The notes under the pieces were generated by a model, which saw nothing but the letters and a program-made list of their open reading frames with translations, ran no database searches and was not told the origin of the DNA. The translations under genes were made by a program, and so were the position numbers. From Eledone cirrhosa (lineage: Eukaryota), in contig OZ024741.1 of assembly GCA_964016885.1 (NCBI GenBank), positions 194,804,057-194,868,000 on the forward strand: 63,944 nucleotides of DNA. The letters run 5' to 3'. Within the stretch, counting starts at the first letter, position 1. Every line of letters starts with the position of its first letter. Shown piece by piece: positions 24,608 through 36,959 of the stretch.

Positions 24608-24953
24608 ATTATTATTAAAGGACTTGAACATCTGAAACTACTTCGCTTTTACTTATTCGATATTTACTCCGTCACTCCTACCTACTTTTCTCTATCTATA
24701 TCTATCTATCTCTATCTATTTCCTCTCTCTATATATCTCTCTCTGTTTCTTTACATGAAGTTCTTCTCTTTATCTATCTTTCTATCTCTCTCTATTTAGT
24801 TGCATGCATTTCTTCTTTTTCTTCGTTTTTATTTCTTTCTTTCTTTCTTTTTACAACTGTCCATAATATTTTTACTGCCAAATCAACTTTTCAAATGCAA
24901 GTCGATGTTGAAAGGTATGTCGAATCTATTTATTTATAAGACTGTCTATATTG

Positions 24954-25019
24954 TATTTTGTCTGAAGAAGGCATAACATATTGTTAATATGATATCCCTG
25001 AAATATATATAATGAAATA
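24954..25019 (+). ncRNA. Hammerhead ribozyme motif, related to the 17437 family
   Basis: TATTTTGT-CTGAAGA-AGGcATAaCATATTgttAATATGaTATcCCT-GAA-ATATATAT-A-ATGAAATA. The downstream AATAAATATGGTTTTATAAATATA.TTTCCATTTATTTAATATC is shared with the reverse complement of 17227-17270. Confidence 0.75.
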
Positions 25020-25059
25020 AATATGGTTTTATAAATATAATTTCCATTTATTTAATATC

Positions 25060-25127
<68 letters not shown>

Positions 25128-25139
25128 CTATATCTTCTT

Positions 25140-27330
25140 TTATATTTTTTTCTTTATTTGTTTATTTGTATTTATAATACTTGAATGTCTTTCTAATTCT
25201 ATGGTTACATGCGATAATTAATTCTTGTCTTTTATTTAATAGAATGCCTTTCGGTTTAGTAATTTCAAAAATTTATTAGGAACATAGTCCACACTCCTTT
25301 CTATTGCCCTGATAAGAAATGGCTCTTTTGAGAATGTTCCAAGTTAGGTTATAATTAATTTTCTTCTTTTTACAATTATTAACTGCTTCCGCTAAAGAAG
25401 TGGTATTAGCTAATCTTGTGTTTCGAAAACTGTGGGTGTGTGCATAAAATCTCGATTTAAACGGATTAGATGTGGATCCAATATAGCATCGATTAGAGTC
25501 CTTAGTGGTAATTATACATTTATACACTATATTATTAATTAAGCAATTTCCATTTAAGGGGCAATTACTTTTTACTCTACAATTACAACCGTTTGTACAT
25601 AGGGTTTCAGATGTGCTTGCTATATTCCCAATAACAGTGCTAGTATTTGTATTTACATTTTTATTTGAGAGAGAAGGCTTTGCGGTTGGGTGGTCATGGC
25701 TCAAACGGTTGTTAGTTGGTGAAATTATAGGGGATATAGTGTTTATAGAATCATGGTTGTTTTGGAAGTTATTGGTCAGATTGGGTATGTAATTCTTAGT
25801 TCCTATTAAGGATGAGGAAGATGGTAGTTGGTTGTAGGCTGATGTATTGTGTTGGTGAGATGAATGAGTGGATGTAACTGGTGGATAGGTAATAATATTC
25901 TGGTTATGCGTTGTAGTATTATTATAGTTAGTTTGTGCTAGAGGTATACATGGAGCCTTTTTACATTTATATATGTTATATGCACTTATTTTTTGTTGTA
26001 TATTGATCGATGTGGAGTAACATTTTTTTACTGTATATCTGTTTAAGACTTGATGGTATTTGTGGTTAGGTGGGAAATGTTTATCGAGGATTGCACATTT
26101 TTTTTTAGGGTTTTAGCCCATAGTTTGCAAGTTAAATAGAGCGTTATACCATGTTACGTTTCTTTTATGGTTTCTAATTGGTTTCCTATTGTTATATTGG
26201 GTATGTATAGATGTTTGAGGGTATATTTTGTTATCAGATGATACTATAATATTGTGATTGTTATTAGTGGTGTGAACAAATTGTTTAGTAGATTTTTGAA
26301 TTGTATTAATTTTTGATTTATTGTTTATTGCTTGATTTATAGATGATATTGGGAGTTTTATTAGTGGAGCCTTATTGATTGGTATTTTGGTATTATTCTT
26401 GTTATTTATAGTAGTTCGGATATGTTTCTCTGGTTTATTGGATTTTAAAGATGTGGTTTGGTTAGATTGAAGGTTCAATGAAATAGGTAATATATCATTA
26501 GGTTTATTGTGAGATTTAAGATATAAGATGTTATTATTAATTGATTTTTTAAGATTAATGGAGTTAGGTGTTTTCTTATGGTTTGTGGTGATATTAGGTA
26601 ATCGGTAGAGGGTCGGACGTCATGCTTTGACGCATAGAGTTACGGCCCTTTCCATTCTGAGTTCAAATCCCGCCGAGGTCAACTTTGCCTTTCATCCTTA
26701 CGGGGTCGATAAAATAAAGTACCAGTAATGTACTTGGTAATTGCTGGCCTTGTGCCAAAAGTAGAAACAATTATTAGGTAGGTTATAGAAGTATTCAGAA
26801 GCGTTAGGATTGATGATTTTTAGAGAGTTTGTGTCATTCATATTAATGCGGGTACTAGGAGTAATGGTAGGATCTAGGTTTTTCGGTGCTTTATTGCTGG
26901 CATTAAATTTTAGGTGTTTCTTTTTGTGTTTGTTATTTATGTTTGGTTGTATGCTGGAGATATTTATGGTGTTAGGTATGTAAAATATTTTATCCTTGTA
27001 GCCACTTCTAGCGAAAGCCTCATTATAATAAGGTGTATTTTTATAGAATATTTCTTCATTGGATGATAATTTAGATAATCTGAGTGAGATATTGTACACT
27101 AGATTTTTTAGTATGGAACCAGGGTGGTTAGATTGTGAGTGTATATAATGCAGGTTTTGGTTTGATTTATGGTAGGGTTGGTAAATGCCTGTTAATAGAT
27201 CCAAAGTGATGTCGAGGAAATTGACCACCTTAGTGCTATTTTCAAAAGTAATGGTGAGATTATAGTAATCTTTGAGGAATTTCCTAATTTGTTTTTTATT
27301 TCTCTCAATTGCTGAGATACTAAGATTGTT
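25140..27330 (-). mobile_element. Penelope-like retroelement (second type), 3' half: RT thumb plus GIY-YIG, interrupted by a SINE
   Basis: VNFLDITLDL..YQPYHK..YIHSQSNHP..RLSKLSSNEEIF..SGY; RNVTWYN; CNCRVKSNCPLNGNCL..IVYKC..YIGSTSNPFKSRFYAH. Confidence 0.9.
26600..26772 (+). mobile_element. Family-A SINE inserted in the PLE
   Basis: GAGTTCAAATCCCGCCGAGGTCAACTTTGCC..GTAGAAACAATTATT. Confidence 0.9.
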
Positions 27331-27332
27331 AG

Positions 27333-27855
27333 ATCCTTACGGGATGGATAAAATAAAGTACGAGTAACGGATTGGAGTTAATTTAAACTACCAAATTGTT
27401 GGCCTTGTGCCTAAGTCAGAAATCATTATTTCACTGCATTCAGAGAGGATTGCTCTATGTTGATGTTGTGTTTGCTGTATATCTATATATTACTAAAGTC
27501 TGTGATTGCTTGCTTGTTTGTAGTGTAATACAGCCAAAAGGGTGCACAATGGGAAATACTTTGAAAGGAAGTTGCCCCTGAAATGGGAATACAAATGAAA
27601 TAAAACAAGTTTCGCGTAAATCGACCACGGGTTCCCGAGATATGGGATTTTCTGGGTACCTTCATAAATATATATATAGAGAGAGAGGGATAGAGAAAAA
27701 GAGATAGTGGTTGTGAGAGAGTAGATTGAAAGGGAGACATAGAGAGGGAGAGAGAGCTGATGGTGTTGTGTATATATAAATGTGAGTGTGTGTGTGTATA
27801 TATATATATGTGTGTGTGTGTGTCTACAACCAGTGTATATAGATCCCAGACACCC

Positions 27856-27887
<32 letters not shown>

Positions 27888-28565
27888 GTATATACACATA
27901 CACACATTTATATATATATACATACACACACGTATATATATGGGCCTTCCAGTTTCATTTCACATTATATACATGTCAATGTATATTTTAATTATTTAAA
28001 AATTATTTTAAGTGTACATGATTTAAAAAAAATATTTTGAAGTGAACGTGACGCCACAGCTCACGGGTGGTCTAGTTCCAAACATATTCAGGAACAAATT
28101 ATATATTAAAAAGGCGTTGTTTAGCTTCATGCCAGCTCTAATCGAGTCAACCAAATGATCAAAAGTGTTCCAGCCGTATTTTCTCTCTTTATTTCAGATA
28201 TTATATATCATATGACTACATTATACAATAAGTCCTTCTTCACCTTTCTTTATTAATTCGGTAGTATGCGCTTTGAAGGAAATTTGACTTCTATTTCTAA
28301 CATGTGGTGCGTCCACGTATATGCTTTTTTCAATGGCTTGTACATTGATTTCTAATTTATGCACAAGGCCAACAAATTTGGTAGGAGGAGAAAATGGATT
28401 AAATCAACCCCAGTACTTGACTGGTACTATACTTTATCGACCCTCGGAGGATGAAAGGCAACGTTGACCTCATGCGATTTGAACCCAAGTAGGTCAATGC
28501 TGCCTTTCAAATACACAATGTCCTTTTATCCGACGCTCTACCAATTCTGTCAATCCAATACCGTT
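27333..28565. mobile_element. Two degenerate family-A SINE copies (27333-27425 +, 28345-28565 -)
   Basis: Conserved central and tail motifs. Confidence 0.7.
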
Positions 28566-29012
28566 GGCTTCTATATTAAAATATAGTATGCTGGTGTGCG
28601 GTGGGAATATTCCACACCTTATTTTTGTGTGTGTAATGATGCAGTAGAAAAATGTATATTTAAGCCATGATTGTGGGTTTCAGTATAACCTTTCATAGGG
28701 AATCAGCGAAAAAAAAAAAAAAAAAATAATAACAGGAAAATAGAAGAAAAGTTTGAAACGCCGCTATAGATGAGCAGACGGTCTGAGGAAATCTATTATT
28801 TCAATTTCCTACAGCTACCCTAAAATCAGGAAACAAGATTGGAAATGAATGTATTTCATTAAGAACTTACACACACACACATATATATAGAAAATAATTT
28901 ATAATTACTTGTGTGTGTGTGTATATATATATATATAGTATAAACAGAGTTAGTTTCATACACTTGACATGTATGTGCTACCATTGGTATGTGCGTGCGT
29001 GTAGTGTGTGTA

Positions 29013-29484
29013 TTTAGCAGTAGCACTAACACAGCTCTATTCAGAATAGAGGCATATATGGAAGAACATGCGATATGTTCATGCATAATAAACATATATA
29101 GTGATTTTTTTAAGGTGTGATCATATAACCCCTATCTCAGCAGCTATGTGAGAACGCCAAATACATGTATTTCAGGATCGTTTATCCACCATCGTTGACG
29201 CTTACTCATTCGGCAATTAGCTCATGAAGCTAATACTTCTTATATAAAAATAATATATTTTCTATCATGGCTTATTTGCGCACACTGCGAGCTTGAGAAG
29301 TTAGTATTAATTAGCAGTAGTACTAACACAGCGTGATTCGGAATAGAAGCATATACTGAAGCATATAAAATAAGTTTATATGTAATAAACATACATAATC
29401 TCACTGTGAATATTTTATACATTGATCTGATCATATCACAACTGCCCCAGTAACCGTGTGAGAACACCAAATATAAGTATTTCA
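29013..29484 (+). repeat. Diverged tandem duplication (29013-29175 / 29311-29484)
   Basis: TTAGCAGTAG.ACTAACACAGC..ATTC.GAATAGA.GCATATA..TGATCATAT.AC..TGTGAGAAC.CCAAATA.A.GTATTTCAG occurs twice. Confidence 0.8.
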
Positions 29485-29501
29485 GTCAGGTGTAGGTTCA
29501 C

Positions 29502-29551
<50 letters not shown>

Positions 29552-29564
29552 TTATCTATATAAA

Positions 29565-30046
29565 CTGTCTCCCTCTATTGGGGAAAATCGACTAACTTTT
29601 AAATTCCATCTGTGATAACATTTTACACGTTTTTATTGTATGTAAACTTCCCCCTTTGTATTTGTCCCCTTCTTTTGTGCCCCTGTGGCTAATAAAGAAA
29701 TATATCTATTTATCTATATGAAAGATGGGTGGAAGTGGAGAGAATGGCCTGTGTGAATGGGCCTTCACTCTACATCAGACTGTAGGTGAGAAAGATGAAA
29801 TATCATGGGAGCACCCCCTCTCTGTGCTCCTGAGGAGAAGGGTTGCACACTTTTTTCGGGGGGGGGGGGGGTGCGACCCCCCCCCTATTGAGGATTTTGT
29901 TTTTCAATTTATTTTTGTTATATTTTATATTTTATATTTTTATATTTTGTTATTGCCTCCTCCCTAGTGAGGACGCCTTTTTATGTAAACTCCCCCCATT
30001 GTACTTGTCCCACTCTTTGATGCCCTGGTGGCAAATAAAAAGAAAG
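29565..30046 (+). mobile_element. Two L1/Tx1-like 3'-end fragments within (TATC)n
   Basis: 29565-29700 is the reverse complement of 31019-31140. 29720-30046 encodes ERWVEVARM-like ORF2 end residues and ends CCCTGGTGGCAAATAAAAAGAAAG plus (TATC)n. Confidence 0.7.
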
Positions 30047-30169
30047 TTATCTATCTATCTATCTATCTGCCTACCTATCTCATCTCCGGGTCTGAATACA
30101 GCAGATTTCTTCCAGAGAAGGATAATAGAGTCTGAGAGAAAGGAAGTGAGAAAGAGATATAGAGGAATA

Positions 30170-30620
30170 ATCGACTTAAGTACTAGATTGGTACTTTTTT
30201 TAAATCCTTAAATGGATGAACGGCAAAGTTGACGTCGGTGGAATTTGAACTCAGAGATCAGAGAGTCGGAACGAATACTTCAAAGGATTCTATTCGACGT
30301 TCTAACGACTCTGCTATTTCGCCGCCAGCATTACACATACATAATACATATTTATATATATACATATAATACATACAACCACACACACACAACACACGTA
30401 CATAAAGAACGATCGACTTTCGTCAAATCGGACCGAGGAAACAATGTTTCCTTTGGTCTTTACAATTGCTAATTCTATCTATCGGACGCAACTCCAGGTA
30501 GAAGGAGCAACGTGAAATAAAGTGTCTTGCTCAAGGACATATCGCATTGCCCGGTCCAGGAATTGAACTCACAAACTCACGATTGCAAATCCAGTTCTCT
30601 AACCACTCAGCCACACGCCT
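30170..30620 (-). mobile_element. Degenerate family-A SINE (30170-30325) and family-B SINE head (30495-30620)
   Basis: GGCAAAGTTGACGTCGGTGGAATTTGAACTCAG; GGAGCAACGTGAAATAAAGTGTCTTGCTCAAGGAC..CTAACCACTCAGCCACACGCC. Confidence 0.8.
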
Positions 30621-31018
30621 TCGTACATACATATATAATATACATACATACATATATACATGCATACATACATAATACACATACATATTTATATATACAT
30701 ATATATAATACATACATACATATCCAATCGATAAGCGATATTGTGAAGTCCTTAAATGATCAGATGTTATCAAAATGTCTGTCGTGTGGGGAGTCTGGTA
30801 CTATTTACAATATAGTTACATGTATTCACAGTCTCTAATAGATATTCACCTTACTTTATGCTTATCTTTTTCTCATATTAGTATTCTAAAATGTATGGTG
30901 CGATGTGCATTAAAATTTGCCGAAATTAGAAATTTTGCTTTGGGGATTTAATTATTGTTTGGTTTGGGATATTAAAGAAAAGTCTGGCTTTCTGGAGTGC
31001 ATATATATAATATATATG

Positions 31019-31575
31019 TTTCTTTATTAGCCACAGGGGCACAAAAGAAGGGGACAAATACAAAGGGGGAAGTTTACATACAATAAAAACGTGTAAAATG
31101 CAATTGAAAAGTTAATCGCTTTTCCCCAATAGGGGGAGACATTTCATATGGGTAACACATACCCCCGAAAAAATGTGCAACCCTCATCTCCAGGAGTACG
31201 AAAAGTTTGTACCCCTTTCCTCTCTTCCTCCTTTTCCTCAACCTACAGGCTGATATAGAGAGAAGGCCCATTCACTCGGGCCATTCTCGCCACTTTCACC
31301 CACCTTTCATAAAACTTGCTGGGGTACAGCACCTCTCTTTCCATCCTGATTCTTCTTCCAAAGTGGTATTTGAAAAAAAGAATCAGTTGTTGGCCGGAGA
31401 GAAAGGTATCTGACGTCAGCCCTTTTAACCTCGTCTACCATACAACCTCTTTCGCCATAGCTATCATACAAAGGAAGACCGCCTCTCCTTCGTTTTTGAA
31501 GGAGGGTGGCGGTTTGATCATGACAATGGACTCGGTGGTCAACCGGATTGGTCCCACCCGCGACAATAGTCGTTC
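31019..31575 (-). mobile_element. L1/Tx1-like 3' fragment (ORF2 C-terminus plus 3' UTR)
   Basis: Reverse complement encodes ..IRLTTESIV..AVFLCMIAMAKEVVW*TRLKG..FF.YHFGRRIRMEREVL, homologous to 51640-51945. Confidence 0.85.
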
Positions 31576-32475
31576 TACATATATAGAGAGCTACATTCAC
31601 TTAGCATGTTTAATTTAGAATCATTGTGTGATTCCTTGATGCGCCGTGACAGCATCTATTGGATATATACACAAAGACAATTCTGTGTATTCTCCTTCGT
31701 TCAAGTCATTAGTAAGGTTTCTTGAAAAGGTTTAAATACAGTTCCATTAGTTCATGGTTTCTGTTGAGGTTGACGTCAGAGGTAAATAAAAGAAACACTG
31801 TGGTAGTATTAGCGAAGCAGGAGATATAGCTACATGCAAAATAAAGAAGAGAGGACACATACAAACTTTATACCTGCCTTTATACCCACTCTTCTCCTTC
31901 CCATGCATATACTACTACTATCATTTGTGGTCTCCCCGGTCTCGGCACCGTAGACTTTCAATGTATATATAGCAAAAATGGCGACATACGACAAGAAAAG
32001 GACGAATAAGGGGAAATATGTGTACACAGGGGACACAAAGGTGTGAACAAGAACGGGACAAAATGTGTCAACCTCTATCGGTAGAACTGCTAATCAATTC
32101 GCGATCACAGTGTCTAACAAAAGTAAATGACCCCGATGACGGATAAAATCCTGAAACATGTGTTTTGTCTTCTCACACGTCTTCTGAGATTACTTTGATG
32201 CACAGTACAGGTGAATACAAATGGGTATCTCTACTCGAACCAACATTCAAAATTTCTAGCGACTTGTGAAAAGATAGGAATATATATATGTGCAATGGGT
32301 AACAATAGGAAGGAAGGAAACTCAGGAAGTTTCTTTTAAAACGTAGAGAAAAGGGTGAAAAAGGGGGAGGGAGAGAGAGAGAGAAGGAGAAAAATATGAT
32401 AGTAGTTGAGTCGCGCAAGTGAATGATTGTTAAATCAAATCAATCGTTACCGGGAAAATTATAATCAGCAAACGT

Positions 32476-32552
<77 letters not shown>

Positions 32553-32681
32553 CACACATATATATACGCACACACACACACATATATATATATGTGTATA
32601 TATAACGAAGGAAATGTGGTAAGGAACCAGGTGGACCATAACGCACCAAAGTACTCAATACTTAGGGTAGTAGAGTGGGTA

Positions 32682-32808
32682 ATAGGAACGAGTAGGACCC
32701 CGACGGCTGAGCTCAAGCCGTTTCGACGGCTAATTCTGGACTAAATTAGTCCAGAATTAGCCGTCGAAACGGCTTGAGCTCAGCCGTCAGGGTCCTACTC
32801 GTTCCTAT
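32682..32808. repeat. Near-perfect 127-bp palindrome made of the 3' half of a hammerhead pLTR
   Basis: Arms 32682-32744 and 32746-32808 differ by one mismatch and contain GAA-ACGGCT-tgagctc-AGCCGT-C. The same sequence occurs at 36835-36884 and 58783-58843. Confidence 0.9.
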
Positions 32809-33512
32809 ATGTGTATATATATATATATGTGTGTGCGTATATATATATATATGTGTGTGTGTGTGTAGCGAAATTTCTACACATTTCCCTACAATGTTCA
32901 TTTTTGTTTTGTTTTGAATTGTTGTCGCCACTTTGGGGAAAGCATCCTACTAGGTCATATACAGTTTATCAAAGATAAGACTTTCTTCATAACATTTTGC
33001 TCTTGTTTTTCGCAGACATCACATGGAGTTGCTCTAGCAAGTAGAGAGATGTAGCTCTTAGCCAAACACTCCGGTCCTCTCAACAAGGGCAGACAGCAAT
33101 TCTCCCAATAACACTTCAACAAAGATCACTCGACACACACGGTAAATAATATCTATTGAATCATTGCACACGCACATACAACAGAATGTAAGCCTTCTTT
33201 TCTTACATTGTCAACAATAGCCTCGTAGCTGGTTATTAAATTAATAAATATATTTAAGTAGCGATCATGTTTTATTTGTTTATTCAACGGCATTTCACAT
33301 AGCGCTTCATATGGGACAGGCCTATCTTATACATATTCACCCATCAAGTCAACAGAACATCTGCCATGCCAAAGTGAACAATAATACCAAACCCAAACTA
33401 TCACTTTACACGATACATCAAAAATACCTTCTACCGCTATATCTATAAAAAATCCAACCACCGCTAAATATATATATATGCATGTTTATGAACATACATA
33501 TATGCATATAAA

Positions 33513-33553
<41 letters not shown>

Positions 33554-33608
33554 GTGAGGGTTTTTTTACAAAATGAAAAATAACCGAGGTGTCCTACACG
33601 AGTGAAAG

Positions 33609-33767
33609 TATAAAGAAAAAGAGATGAAATCGAAAATGCAACTGGAGTCTATTTTAAAAAAAAATATATATATTTATTTGGTTCCTTTATATGTAAAGGA
33701 ACCAAATAAATATATATATTTAAAAAAAAATAAGACTCCAGTTGCATTTTCGATTTCATCTCTTTTT

Positions 33768-33774
<7 letters not shown>
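33609..33774. repeat. ~165-bp near-perfect palindrome beside (TA)n
   Basis: TATAAAGAAAAAGAGATGAAATCGAAAATGCAACTGGAGTCT..GGTTCCTTTA / TAAAGGAACC..AGACTCCAGTTGCATTTTCGATTTCATCTCTTTTTCTTTATA. Confidence 0.92.
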
Positions 33775-33831
<57 letters not shown>

Positions 33832-33908
33832 TCACACATACATAATTACATAATATATATATATAATTAAAAGAGTCTGTGGGACAGCATATGTACAAAC
33901 TTTATTTG

Positions 33909-33997
33909 CATATTACAAACGTTTCAATATCGATCAGCTCAGGGTACAATCAAGTTGACGGGACACCGACTCTTTTTTCGACATCTCATCAGATATG
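33909..33997 (-). ncRNA. Hammerhead ribozyme motif with a canonical core and ~60-nt stem II domain
   Basis: Reverse complement: CATAT-CTGATGA-GATGTCGA..TCGATATT-GAA-AC-gttt-GT-A-ATATG, then AATAAA. GUA triplet; AAACGTTT is self-complementary. Confidence 0.8.
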
Positions 33998-34129
33998 TGA
34001 GCTTATATGTTCAAAGGCACATCTAAACTGTTGACAGAGGCCCGAGATCCGTTTATATACAATATTGGTGGGTTTGTAGTGGGCGGTAGTAAAGTAGGCT
34101 TAGGTTTAGCGGTTGGGCGTATATCCAGA

Positions 34130-35700
34130 TGCCAGGCGCCCAGTCTCGGTCTCTTCTTAACCCAGGACTGAAACTCAGACAAAGAGATGAGATACAGACA
34201 GGATTGTCTCACAAACAGCGACCACACCTGTTCACAGTTTAGGAGATTATCTGGAGATGCCGCAGCCTCAGCCCTCTGCGTAGAGGGTCTTGACAGAACA
34301 TGGATCGCCTCACCAACGGAACCTGTCTCCTCCACAAGAAGTTGAAGAAGAACCGTTCCAATTTGGTGAGGCGTGAACAGGGGGCAATGCACGACGGTAG
34401 GCGATGTACGCGTTCACCACCTCCGTCTGACTCTCATAGACAGTTTCCTCTCGTCTAATTTCTAGGTGAGAGTGGTTATCCTGTTCGTAACCTCGTCCCA
34501 ATTCCTATCCACCTGGAGGTCTGGTCCGAACCAAACCCCGAGCAACTTTACCGGTCTGTCCGTCCAGCGCCCGACGACGCTGTTGGACTGCATGGACTTG
34601 CCCCTCCAGGTGTTGAGCTGCAAGCCCACCGACTTTTCCGGGTTTAGTTTTGCTAACGTCAACTTCTCATATTACTCCAAGAAGGTGCCGACCATTTCGA
34701 TTTCCGAGGTGTTTGACACCATCACGGTGACGTCGTCCGCATATGCCGACACAGCTTTTCCACGACCTGGTTCAAGCGGGATGCCCTGCAACAGATCCAG
34801 CTTCCGCAGTAAAGGTTCGAGAGTCAATACATACAGAAGGGAGGAGAGAGGGCATCCTTAACGGACCGATCGGGAGATCTGAAACGATTCCGAAAGATGA
34901 CCATTAACTTTGACCCCCCGAGCAGATGCCAACTGTGCATAGCAGCGATCCAGCCTCTGAAGTCGGGTCCGAAGCCAGCTTCCAGGTATCGATGGTCAAC
35001 CCCATCAAAAGATGTCGATTGATCTAAATTGATCAGAGTCCCACTGAAGCCAGGTTTACACCCTACTCTCTCTATGATGTATCGCACGAGGTGAAGATTG
35101 TCGTGCATGGACCTGGTCAAGTTTGTGCAAGTTTGCACCTCTCTTACCGAATCTTCGACGACAAGCACCAACCTCTTCGCTAACACCTTGGCCAAAGCTT
35201 TTCGTGCCGGAAACATGTTCAGCTTCCAGTAACCAAGTCCTAACCTGCGTCTCATATCTAGGCCGACCATACATATCACAGGAGGTAGAGCGCCAGGTGC
35301 GCGTCTATGATCTGCAGCCTCTCCGACCTTTTGAAATTGTGGACATCCTATACTATCCTTATCTATTGACCTAATAAAAAAACCTATCTATATACGATCT
35401 AGATGACCCTATGTGATTGGTCCAGGTCCACACTGGCGCATAAGGGAAATCCAGTCGGTACCTGTCAGACAGTTGGAACTGGCTGATCAGGTACTTGAAG
35501 CTTTTGCTCTCTCCGCTCCTATTACCTACTCCCACCCACACAACCACAGCGTGCGTCTAAGATGCCGTTCCTGTACCTCACTAAAAGTAAAGAGTGAGAC
35601 GTTTCTAGAAATGCTTCCAGGTGCCAAAAGAAGTCTGGTTAGGCTAGAATTACTCATGGCCATGATTAGGACTTTGTTCATAAGTATTGGGGATATTGAA
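34130..35700 (-). mobile_element. L1/Tx1-like ORF2 pseudogene (APE endonuclease and RT remnants with deletions)
   Basis: FQLSDRYRLDFPYAPVWTWTNHIGSSRSYIDRF; GYWKLN; LAKVLAKRL; LINLDQSTSFDGVDHRYL; GCPLSPLLYVLTLEPLL; AYADDVTV; VKLLGVWFGP. Confidence 0.88.
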
Positions 35701-36099
35701 GAGTTGTAGTTTGAGATATCGAATTGGATGAACTAGGTGTCACACGCGAAAACACCCCCACCCCCCACACACACACGTACGCGCTCATTGACTTCAGCAG
35801 TTTCGACCACTACCAACGGTACTGCTGGTTCACATATTGAGGCAAAAGGCTTAGCCATGATTTTATCCTATCAACTTCAAAATATCAAGTTATGCACGAT
35901 TAGGTATCAAAACCAATAATGGCTTCAGTGGTATTAAGTGACTTTATTGACGGCACTATGAACTTTGCTCCGTCTTTAAAAAAATAGTATTGGTAAAAAG
36001 AAACTAATCTTTAGGTCAAATAGACTGTTACAGCAGATTTATAAGAATTTACTAACATGTCACTAGCTGAAATTGGATTCAAACATTTTAATTCGCGAT

Positions 36100-36485
36100 T
36101 GCCTGGTGGAACATTTTATAATAGAAAATGAAAAGTGGACATATTTAGGAAGCCGTACAATGCTGGCTAGTTTGAAATACCATAGCAACAAGTCAGAAGG
36201 GAATGGAGAGAGATGAGGTAGAAAGCAAAAAGTGGGAGGAGGAGAATAGAAGACCAACAATGACTGATTGTTACCTTAGATGGATATTCCGAAATATTAG
36301 AACTAATAAATTATTAAAGTAACAATCAGTCATTCTTGTCCTTTTATTTTTCTCTTTCATCAACTTTTTGCTTTCTAACTCACGTCTCTCAATTACTTTC
36401 TGACTTGTTGCTTTGGTATTTCAAAGCAGCCTGCATAGCACGGTTTTATTAACATACCCACCTTTCTACAATGCTTCAAGCAAAC
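36100..36485. repeat. Old diverged long inverted repeat (possible MITE or fold-back)
   Basis: 36172-36273 pairs collinearly with 36319-36425 (e.g. AATGACTGATTGTTAC/GTAACAATCAGTCATT, AGCAACAAGTCAGAA/TTCTGACTTGTTGCT). Spacer is ~45 bp. Confidence 0.75.
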
Positions 36486-36745
36486 TACAACACCCTCTTA
36501 TAAATAACAGAGTGTTCGGAAAACCGGTACAATGTGGATAGTATTGGGGTCAAAGGATGACAAAACAAAATGTTTTTAACCAATATATTTCTTCATGATA
36601 TTTCAAACGAGACCTTCTCTTCTCACGAATTCTTGTGTTTGTGTGTGACCATTGGAGGAAGTGTACACGTGCAGGCCAGTCACTACAGGCTCTCTTCTCC
36701 GTATGGTTCCGATCTCTGTTATTCATTTTCAGCTTAGTATATATA

Positions 36746-36838
<93 letters not shown>

Positions 36839-36881
36839 AACGAGTAGGACCCCGACGGCTGAGCTCAAGCCGTTTCGACGG

Positions 36882-36920
<39 letters not shown>

Positions 36921-36959
36921 CTATTTATTTATATACATATAAATATGTAAGTATGTAAT

